From Pecten maximus (lineage: Eukaryota), in contig NC_047023.1 of assembly GCF_902652985.1 (NCBI RefSeq), positions 3,658,001 to 3,722,000 of the forward strand: a stretch of 64,000 nucleotides of DNA. The letters run 5' to 3'. The first letter of the stretch is position 1, and the number at the start of each line of letters is the position of its first letter. The notes below the pieces were generated by a model, which saw only the letters and a list, made by a program, of their open reading frames with translations, was not told where the DNA came from and ran no database searches. Both the position numbers and the translations under genes were made by a program. Below are positions 1 through 11,500 of the stretch, piece by piece.

Positions 1-2175
1 AATCATGGTAAATACCCCAACCCAGTCACACAGTGAGTCAAACCCAGTCACACAGTGAGTCAAACTCATCATGGTAAATACCCCAACCCAGTCACACAAT
101 GAGTCAAACCCAGTCACACAGTGAGTCAAACCCAGTCACACAGTGAGTCAAACTCATCATGGTAAATACCCCAACCCAGTCACACAATGAGTCAAACCCA
201 GTCACACAATGAGTCAAACCCAGTCACACAGTGAGTCAAACTCATCATGGTAAATACCCCAACCCAGTCACACAATGAGTCAAACCCAGTCACACAATGA
301 GTCAAACCCAGTCACACAGTGAGTCAAACTCATCATGGTAAATACCCCCAACCCAGTCACACAGTGAGTCAAACCCAGTCACACAGTGAGTCAACCTCAT
401 CATGGTAAATACCCCAACCCAGTTACACAGTAAGTCAAACCCAGTCACACACTGAACACAAGGAGTCAAACCCAGTCACACAGTGAGCCAAACCCAGTCA
501 CACAGTGAGCCAAACTAATCATGGTAAATACCCCCAACCCAGTCACACAGTGAGTCAAACCTAGTCACACAGTGAGTCAAACTCATCATGGTAAATACCC
601 CCAACCCAGTCACACAGTGAGTCAAACCCAGTCACACAGTGAGTCAAACTAATCATGGTAAATACCCCAACCCAGTCACACAGTGAGTCAAACCCAGTCA
701 CACAGTGAGTCAAACTCATCATGGTAAATACCCCCAACCCAGTCACACAGCAAGTCAAACCCAGTCACACAGTGAGTCAAACTCATCATGGTAAATACCC
801 CAACCCAGTCACACAGCGAGTCAAACCCAGTCACACAGTGAGTCAAACTCATCATGGTAAATACCCCCAACCCAGTCACACAGTGAGTCAAACCCAGTCA
901 CACAGTGAGCCAAACTAATCATGGTAAATACCCCCAACCCAGTCACACAGCAAGTCAAACCCAGTCACACAGTGAGTCAAACCCAGTCACACAGTGAGTC
1001 AAACCCAGTCACACAGTGAGTCAAACCCAGTCACACAGTGAGTCAAACCCAGCCACACAGTGAGTCAAACTCATCATGGTAAATACCCCCAACCCAGTCA
1101 CACAGCGAGTCAAACCCAGTCACACAGTGAGTCAAACCTAGTCACACAGATAGTCAAACTCATCATCGTAAATACCCCAACCCAGTCACACAGTAATTCA
1201 AACCCAGTCAAACAGTGAGTCAAACCCAGTCACACAGTGAGTCAAACCCAGTCTCACAGTGAGTCAAACCCAGTCACACAGTGAGTCAAACCTAGTCACA
1301 CAGATAGTCAAACACATCATCGTAAATACCCCAACCCAGTCACACAGTAATTCAAACCCAGTCACACAGTGATTCAAACCCAGTCACACAGTGAGTCAAA
1401 CCCAGTCACACAGTGAGTCAACCCAGGCACACAATGAGTCAAACCCAGTCACACAGTGAGTCAAACTCATCATGGTAAATACCCCCAACCCAGTCACACA
1501 GTGAGTCAAACCTAGTCACACAGATAGTCAAACTCATCATCGTGAGTCAAACCCAGTCACACAGTGAGTCAAACCCAGTCACACAGTGAGTCAAACCCAG
1601 TCCCACAGCGAGTCAACCCAGGCACACAATGAGTCAAACCCAGGCACACAGCGAGTCAAACCCAGTCACACAGCGAGTCAAACCCAGTCACACAGTGAGC
1701 CAAACCCAGTCACACAGTGAGTAAAACTCATCATGATAAATACCCCAACCCAGTCACACAGCGAGTCAAACCCAGTCACACAGTGAGTCAAACCCAGTCA
1801 CACTGTGAGTCAAACTAATCATGGTAAATACCCCAACCCAGTCACACAGCAAGTCAAACCCAGTCACACAGTGAGTCAAACCCAGTCACACAGTGAACAC
1901 AATGAGTCAAACCCAGTTACACAGTGAGTCATACCCAGTCACACAGTGAGTCAAACCCAGTTACACAGCAAGTCAAACCCAGTTACACAGTGAGTCAAAC
2001 CCAGTCACACAGTGAACACAATGAGTCAAACCCAGTTACACAGTGAGTCATACCCAGTCACACAGTGAGTCAAACCCAGTTACACAGCGAGTCAAACTCA
2101 TCATGGTAAATACCCCAACCCAGTCACACAGTGAGTCAAACCCAGTTACACAGCGAGTCAAACTCATCATGGTAA
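1..2175 (+). repeat. Composite minisatellite (22-bp A and 22/23-bp B subunits) derived from an HMGCR exon end plus donor
   Basis: A=aacccagtcacacagYgagtca, B=aactcatcatggtaaatacccc(c). A+B translates as NPVTQRVKLIM|gtaaat. Confidence 0.95.
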
Positions 2176-2377
2176 TTGCTGGTATGTTACTTGAGTCACG
2201 CAGTGAGTCAAAATCATGATACCAAAAAATATTATTATTGATTGAAACCAAAATAACTGTGTGTGGTATTATCTAAATCTTATACTAGTAGCCTGTCCAT
2301 GGATCATTTTAGTCCAGTTAAGATTTTCTGATTTAGAGATGTACCTGTTCTATATACTGTATGATTCCCTTGAACAG

Positions 2378-2529
2378 TCTGCAGGTCTGGTGATGGTTCA
2401 CATACACAGTCGTCTAGGCAAAGAGTCGAAGAAAGTAGAAGGCTTTGGCAGCATCATGGCCACTAGTCAGATGTCGGAGAATAACGAGCTGACTCCAGAC
2501 ATGAACTTCTGGCTATATCACGTACAAAG
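2378..2529 (+). CDS. HMGCR: HMGCR exon, membrane domain ([14 protein letters not shown]...FWLYHVQR)
   Basis: gaacag|TCT ... AAG|gtaagt. Resembles vertebrate SLGLVLVHAHSRW. Confidence 0.9.
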
Positions 2530-5500
2530 GTAAGTAACTCTGTTTACTGTCATCATGTATACACTGAAAATGGCTGGATGTCAAATGGGTTGAATGAAGT
2601 GAAATGGCTGGATGTCAAATGGGTTGAATGATGTTGAATGGGTTGAATGAAGTGAAATGGCTGAATGTCGAATGGGTTGAATGAAGTGAAGTGGCTGGAT
2701 GTTGAATGGGTTGAATGAAGTGATTTTATGACATGGCCGTATGACATGGCAGATCGAGCTAGTTATATATTTGATATTTGTGTGTTACAGACAGTTGACT
2801 GTAAATGCTGACCTGATGGTGACACTAGTGTTGGCAGTTTTCCTCACTGCTAAATACATGTTCTTTGATGACGATGTGGATGTGCCCTGCAGACTTTGTC
2901 CGTCCTGTACACGCTCCGGGGCCAGAATCCGTCAGATCTCCAGTTCCACAGACTTACCAGGTAAATATTCCTCTACCTTCGGTCAAGTTTCCAGTCCCAC
3001 AATCTTACCGACATCTGATTCAGATCTCCAGTTCCACAGACTTACCAGGTAAATATTCCTCTACCTCGGTCAAGTTTCCAGTCCCCAAACTTACCGACAT
3101 CTGAATCAGATCCCCAGTTCTGATACCTTAAATAGTCAATATTTACTTTTCCCATCTACATCATTCAGGGCCATACCATATGAGATTCTGCGTACTGATG
3201 TCCGTATAATGTGACCGGGTGGGGTGTGTTGCTGGGTGTCTTTGGCAGTATGATTCATTGAGATAGCACTATAAAGTCGTAATCAGTTCCGCGCAATCTC
3301 AAGCCTCCCAAAACATGCACACATTCACTACACACACTCGATTCTCACGTGCACACACGCACACAGGAGGCCATTGTTAAATGACCAGAGCTTTTGACAT
3401 TAAACAATCCGAGAACAGATTCCACAAACTTAACAGGTCAACATTTACCTACCATCTTGTACACGGTACATCTGATTCATCTCTTCAGTTTTGAAAAACC
3501 TATAAACAATTCTGAAAATTATTAATGAAAAATTGACCTTCAACATTTTCTTATTTCAGTCCTTCTTGGTATTATATATATCCTAACCAGAGTTCTTTTA
3601 AAATTGAATACACAAATAGTGACAATGCCCACATGTATTTATTTGTAATGGAACAAGGATTTAACAGGCACATTGCTGGAAGGGTTTCAATATGCAAGTA
3701 TGTGCATGTTGTCAAAATAATTAATGTCAAAATGAACCATTTACTGCTTTCATGAATAATCCATAACTTTAATTTAATGGACTGTAATTAATAAGTAATT
3801 ATAAGTATGGTTTAATTTTTCTTTCTAAATGCTTTTATTCAGTATAGTTATATTACAGATTATATATATCTCTACATATAAATCATTTTGATTTAAATTT
3901 CAGCACACATTATGTTCAGCACCCAACATTCAGCCCATATTCAGTAACCAAAATTAACACTTCCTAGATTGACAGTCAGCACCCATACCAGATATTCTCC
4001 AATCAACATCCTCCTGACCTCTATCTAACCAAAACCATATCTAGATTGTCTTACATTCTCGTTTACTCAGAGCACACACTTACTCCATAACTTTTTTTAA
4101 TGGACTGTACTTAATAAGTAATTATAAGTATGGTTTATTAACTTTTTATGAATATCAGAATATGCAAAGGTATTTTACACTGAGTCAGTACTGAGAAAGT
4201 TCCCTTGGGTGTGCTGGATTTGTACATACAGTCCTTGAATGTTCTGAAAGTTCCAAAACAACCTGTAAATCTAACGCAATGGCAGACATCGCTAAGCAGG
4301 CTAAACCTCATTGCCAATCAAGAAGAGGGAAATCATGGCGATTTTATTATCACTATATAGCCAGCAATATCGGCTGCTTTGTATGTATTAATGAACTGTT
4401 AATGATCAATCAAGCCATACCGAGTATATTTAAATTACCATCGACAGAAACCGATATCTATAATATAGAATAAATCTTCAAACAATAGGCCAACAGCTAT
4501 CAGACACAAGTTATCACAATATATGAAACACCCTGAACTTTCAAACACAATAAAATGCATACAATATACAAAGAACCTAGACAGTACCAATTAATTACAA
4601 ATATTTTAAATATAAAATCTTTAACTAGACTTAAAGCTTGCTGTTAGGATTCATGTGTCTGAAGTTTATATTTTCGGTGTAGAGACCAGTAAGTAATACT
4701 AATTTTGTCACACAAGCTTTCTTGACAGACTATACAATATTGATTTAATTCTCAGTTCCAGAAATACCAGCACCTTCTGCAGAGCCTGTTCTAGAAGTTA
4801 CAGATGTTTCTCAGAAGACAACAACATTTACTCTTGGTGATGAAGATGAGAGTTCCGATGAGGAAACTGACACAAAGGAGAGTAGAGAAACCCAGACAGA
4901 ACTGTTGGAGTTTGGTTATCGGCCCCTGGAGAGACTGCCCTCTATACAACCTCCACGGCCTGTTTCTGAATGTTTGGATATTCTCAAGTCAGATGTTAGT
5001 AAAGTGAAACGATTTATCCATGAACTGATAGCCTGGTCAAGAAAACTTAGTAATTCAAAGCGTCTTGGTTTTAAAAGATAAAAACTCTCAAAGTTTACAT
5101 GATATCTTTATATTTACATTGTACTGCAGCCCCACTATATAACTTAACCAAGCTTTCTTGAAGGTTAAGAGTCCATAACTTCCAAATCTTTATTATGACG
5201 TCATTATCTTAGTGATGTCATAATTTTCACGTCGGCGATAACGAAAGATGGCTGTTGAATAGGCCGACGATAATAATTTGTTCATTCATCGTCGGAGCAA
5301 AATTCCTGGATAAAGTCTTTATTATCGTTGTCAAATGTAAATATAAGCATTGAACTGCTTTCATTTGGAAGTTATGGGCTGATGAATGCCAACTGGACAA
5401 AGGCAAATTCAACATGAAGCGATAGTGTGCTTCATTAAATTTGCCTTTGTCCAGTTGGCATTCATCAGCCCATAACTTCCAACTGAAAGCAGTTCAATGC

Positions 5501-8500
5501 TTAAATGACTGCTAACAGAAATAGATTTCTAGATAGTTTGTATTGGTCAAAGTTCAGTGTTTTTGGTCAGAATTACTTTTTTTGTCGCTAGATAGCAGAA
5601 AACAGTAGTTGTGTTTATTAGTCTCCTATTGCTGAAACCGGGGGACTACAGGATTCCTCTCCTTCCATCTTCTATGTATGTACAAGATAACGCCAAAGTT
5701 TGTCAGCAGTCGAACGACTTCATTCCTTGAAGGAGTTCGAATCAAACTTCACACAATGATAAAGGACTATAATATCTCAGACAAGTTTGAGTTTTAGTGT
5801 TTTGGGGTCAAGGTCACTGAAATTACTCTTTTTAGAGGCGACAGGTGGGGGACATGTGTTACTTTAACAGTACACATTAATTTATTTTTAATATTTAAAG
5901 ACAACATAGGTAAAATTCATTGATCCTTATTTTACTTGAAAAAAAATATAAAAATAGTTCATGTATTACGATGTACCTGTAATCATTGATTACAGGAAGG
6001 TGCCAGTGGACTTACAGATGAAGAAATTAGTCGTCTTGTGGAAGAAAAGCACATCCCGAGCTACAAACTAGAGACAGCTCTTGGAGACTACGAACGCGGT
6101 GTTAATATAAGGTCAGTTTATATGTGGTCTGTCCTTATCTGTCTAAAAATAAAAATGATAATTCTATATCACGTTATATCATATCTTATCTAGATCTAAG
6201 TCAGTAGCCATGATGGGAAATCCATTGGTATCATTTGAAAATAGTATATGGTTATATTAAGTACAGTTAAAATGTTATTTCTGATTTTATAGTGTGGTAA
6301 CATTCATAAAAGGAAAATGTGATTTGAACATATAAGTTACCAGGCCAAAAATTCGGTTATGAATTTTATGAAAATTTTCCAAATGAAAAATGCATTTTTT
6401 ATTAGTTTTTAGCTCACCTGGTGAGCTTATGTCATGGCGCGGCGTCCGTCGTCCGTCCTTCAGTCATCCTTGAACATTTACTTCAAATCGCTACTAGTCA
6501 AAAACATTTTATTGGATTTTGCCCAAATTTGTTCAGAAACATCCTTGGCAGAAGGGGATCAGATTTTGCATAAATGGTGACTCTGACCCCCAAGGGGCCG
6601 GAGGGGCGGGGCCCAATAGGGGAAATTGAGGCAATTCCTTTAAATCGCTACTAGTCATAAAGTTATGAATGGATTTGAACCCAATTTGGTCAGAAACATC
6701 CTTGGGGGAAGGGGAACAGATTTTGCATAAATGGTGATTCTGACCCCTGAGGGGCCAAAGGGACGGGGCCCAATAGGGGAAATGGAGGTAATTCCTTTAA
6801 ATCGCCACTAGTCATATAGTTATGAATGGATTTGAACCAAATTTGGTCAGAAACATTATTAGGGGAAGAGGAACAGATTTTGCATAAATGGTGACTCTGA
6901 CCCCAAAGGGGCGGGGCCCAATATGGGAAATAGAGGTAATTCCTTTAAATTGCTACTAGTAATAAAGTGATGAATGCACTTTCAGACCTTAGATAGTCTG
7001 GACTTCATTAATCTTTAAAGCAGTTCGGATTCCTACACTATAACCATATATAGCATTGTTTGAGATTTACAAATAAAACAAATTGAATATGAACATTATT
7101 TTGACATTTGGTCTAATTCAACCAGGTGAGCGATACAGGCCCCATGGGCCTCTTGTTTGATTAAGTTTATACATTATATGTATTAAGTCTTTGTCCTACA
7201 GTTTAAAATGATAATACTGTTGTTTGTTGACAGGAGAGGAATGATATCAACAAAACTACAGAATAATGATGCCATGGAGAACTTACCGTACATCAATTAT
7301 CATTACGAATTGGTATGTCAACTTACGATTAAAAAATTACCAAAGTATAACCCTACGAAAAATAGAAAAATACATAACTTACCGTACATCAATTATCATT
7401 ACGAATTGGTATGTCAACTTACGATTAAAAAATTACCAAAGTATGACACTACGAAAAATAGAAAAATACATCACTTACCGTACATCAATTATCATTATGA
7501 ATTGGTATGTCAACCTAAGATTCAAAAATTACCAAAGTATGACTCTACGAAACATAAAAAAGTACATAACTTATCATACATTAATTATCATTACGAATTG
7601 GTATGTCAACTTACGATCATTAAAAAATTACCAAAGTATGACGCTATGAAACATACATAAAAAAAATTCTGCAATCTTAGAAAGTCTTATGAACATGTTA
7701 CAGATGCAAGGACTTAATCCTGAACTACAAACTTGACATTTTCATTAAGCTGCTTTTGTAAGATTATTTAACTTGTTCTGTGTAAGATATACAGCCTGCC
7801 TGGTCTGTATGTTACAAGTATATGATGTAATGGTGTCTACTACATGTAGATTTTAAGGATATGGAAATTCTTATTTTAGAGACTTTAAACTTTGGAGTCA
7901 GAATTGATTTTTTTTTTCAAGTCTATTATGATATACACAGACCTTTGACCTTATACACGTAATATGAAATGGGGATGTTGGACTTTGCAACAATCTTTAA
8001 ACTGAATAGTGGTTTTGACATGACACATTTCCAGAGAACATTAATATTTTTAGCCATCTTTGTATAGTTGTGTTCATTCAGTTTTGATTCTGATTGGGAA
8101 AACAAAATGGCCAACAGGCAACCATCTCGGATTTTGAGGATGAAAGTTTGTTATCACTATTTCTTGAAAAGGACTGGAGGGAAATTTCTCAAACTTCACA
8201 TATAGGTTGCTCTTGGTCCCCATTTGTACCCATTGAATTTTGAGTTTGGTCGGGGAAACAAAATGGCCGACAGGTGGCTGTATTGCATTTTGAGAATTGA
8301 ACTTAGTTATCACTATTTCATGAAAAGTACAAGACGGATATTTCTTAAGCTTTATCTGTAGGTTCCTCTTGATCTCTGATGTTAATTCAATTTTGTATCT
8401 GATCAAGAAAATAAAATGGCTGACAGACAGCCATCTTGGATTTTGACAGTTTAAGTTTATCATCTATTATATTTCTCTGAAAGTTCTTTTTAGATCTTTC

Positions 8501-11500
8501 TTAGATTTCATATGAAGGTTAACCTTGTTATCAGAATATTAAGAGAAAAAGAGGAAAGAAGGGAAAAGCAGATAAAAGATCAAAAGATTAGAACAAGTAA
8601 AGATCATTCAATGGTGGGCAGATCTCTTCTTATGATATAAAAGTTTGATGATCAGCAAAATCCACTCACATTTTTCATGGCTTGCGTGTTGATGAACAGT
8701 TCAAAGATATCTTTCAATATTAAATACCAGTATCAAAGTTGGATACCATTTATATTGATCATTCCAGAACCTAGTTCTGATCAAAGTCAGTGCATGTTAA
8801 ATGAAATTACTGAAACATACTGGTATCTTCCAAGGAATAATAATGATGATTTTATGCAAATTGCTTGCATGAATGACACTACCACATTTACCTTCGTATA
8901 GAATGTATGTTTATGTTACAGGTGAATGGAGCATGCTGTGAGAATGTAATTGGTTACATGCCGATACCAGTTGGTGTGGCTGGGCCTCTTCTACTTGACG
9001 ACAAATATTACCATGTCCCCATGGCAACTACAGAAGGCTGTCTGGTAGCTAGCACTAACAGGGGCTGTAGAGCATTAGCAGTGAGTACACTATACATTTG
9101 CAGACACACAATGTTAACAGATCGTAACATTGAATGTTTTTTGTCTGGCATACAACAGAGCATTTTAAACAAAGAATTTCAACAACAAAATTCTGTGAAT
9201 TGCACTTTGTTACATGTAATGAATTGGGTGATGAAGAATTTTAACAAATATTTTCTGTGAAATGCAACTTGTTAAATAATTGGGCTATGTTCTTCAAGTT
9301 TTCCGTTTAGCTCTACATCATTGAATTAACCTTTTCTCTGAGTGCATAAGCTGTCATAACTTGGAATATACTTGGTATCTATATATAACTCTTCCAACAC
9401 ACATTTCAGATTCAGAATTTAACAAAAATTTACTGTAAGTTTATTATTGGACTTTGTTAATTAATTACAGTTGTGTTTACATTTTCCATTTAGTTTGGGG
9501 TTGACTTTATTACCAAAACTTGGAGTACACTGTTAACTATGCATGGCCATCCCTGCACACATTTCAAATTTTAAATTTCACCTACAGTTTAGAATAAATT
9601 TAACTTTGTTGATAATTGTACAATGTCAACCCCTAGGGGTTGACCTTTCTCACTATCAATATTGAAGAAATATCTTTTAAATTTCTTTCAGGTAATTGAT
9701 ATAATAGATACCACATATTGAGTTATATGATGCAGAAGCGGAGACATTCATATTTACATGTTACATATGAATCTTGTCTTTCTTGGTATATCAGTGTAAT
9801 GGGGAATGTACACCTCTTCTGGACATACAGATTTCTTAAAAAAACTTCAAATTTTTTTCCCCAGCAAAGTAGTGGTGTAAAGTGCTGTTTGGTGGGAGAC
9901 GGAATGTCTCGAGCTCCTGTTGTCAGATTCCCGTCCATCAGGAAGGCTAGGTGAGTTATAGTGTATATAAGATAACCAGGGCAGTACCAGGTAGTATAAA
10001 GAATCAAACTAGGAAGCAGACTACCTGTTAGCTAAGGTTCATTTACAGGTAGAGTAAGTAAGGTACATTGAGATCTGAAACAGTTGGCTGTGATAGACAG
10101 GCTCTTGTATACAGTAAAACACGGTTATAACGAATCCCAGGGGACTAACTGAATCAGTTTGTTATATTGATAGTTCGTACAACGTGTATTACAAATTTTA
10201 TTTTTTTTTTTTCTAAAAACTTCACTGTATGAAAATATTAAAATACAAATACAAGCATTGCCCAGTACAAATTAAAAGCGATGCAATTATTTTAAGTCAG
10301 GTGTAACTTTCTGCCGAAACTTTTCGCTTAAGGCAAGTATGTGTGCAAAGTACTAAAAGCATCTGACGTATCATTTTTTGAGACTCCAGAAAACGGCTTA
10401 TCTCGTGTAAATAACCACTGATTAAGGAATGTTCCTCCTCTCTCTCTATTTTCTCCTCGTCTTCACTGTCCGAAACATCCATAACGTCTTTTACAACATC
10501 TGCATCAGTCATCTTCATAGTATTACTGACGAAATCGTTCGTGGTGACCTTTACCCCGGAAGCCTCGTTTTCACTAGCTCTCAGTCGCTTGATGATAAAG
10601 CCATTGCGAAACATACATGTACTGTGAACACACTAAGACATCTAAGAATGGATTAACAACTCGACATAAACATCGATAAAACAACTCACTTTATTCAGAA
10701 GTCATGGAAAACACAATTCAATAGCCATACAAATATATACCCTGAAATGTGCCCTCGCGATCGGGCGCCTCGGTGACATGGTCGTGATCACCAGGGTATG
10801 ACTTTTCCGACTTCAGAAGATGGGTTCATACTATTGTGTTAAAATAACATGGAATTTCAGCTGACGAGATCACTAAATTGGTTCGTTATAGACAATATTT
10901 TGCTATGTGAAATTCGCATTATAATTATAGAATTACAAAGAAGTAAGAGGGAGACTAGCTGGGAAATCGGAATCAGTTTGCAATATCCATAAAATTGCTA
11001 TAAGCGTGTTCTTACCAAACGTGTTTTACTGTATAGAGGTGACCTGTAGGCCATGTTTGACAGCATAGCTAGATGTAAGCATGTCAAATAATTCTGAAGA
11101 AAAGATAATAAAATCAGAATATTTTGAGAGTTGATGATATGGATTTGAACGTTCTAATGATTGAATGATAAAATCCAAATAGATAGTATTGGGTATCCAT
11201 AATATGATATTTTCGATGGTCGTTACATAGGATATAGGCTACACAATTGGTCCAAAACAATGTTAATTGAAAGAGCGTGTTCTATACTTTTCATGATATA
11301 TCTGAAACACATAACACCAAAATCCTTTTTAAGAAGCATCTGAATGTTGGACTCTGTGTATTTTGATATTAAGAAGAGATAAAATATGATATTGTTATGT
11401 TTGGTTACAGCGAGCTGAAACTGTGGCTTGAAGACACTGATAACTTTGAGAAAGTGAAGGAGACTTTTGATGACACAAGCAGGTAATTCAAATATCATTA

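Noticed and set aside
3770-4140. ~55-bp direct repeats flanking ~260 bp (possible TRIM/LTR remnant)
   Set aside because: No TG...CA ends, PBS, PPT or TSD. An AT-rich local duplication is sufficient to explain it.
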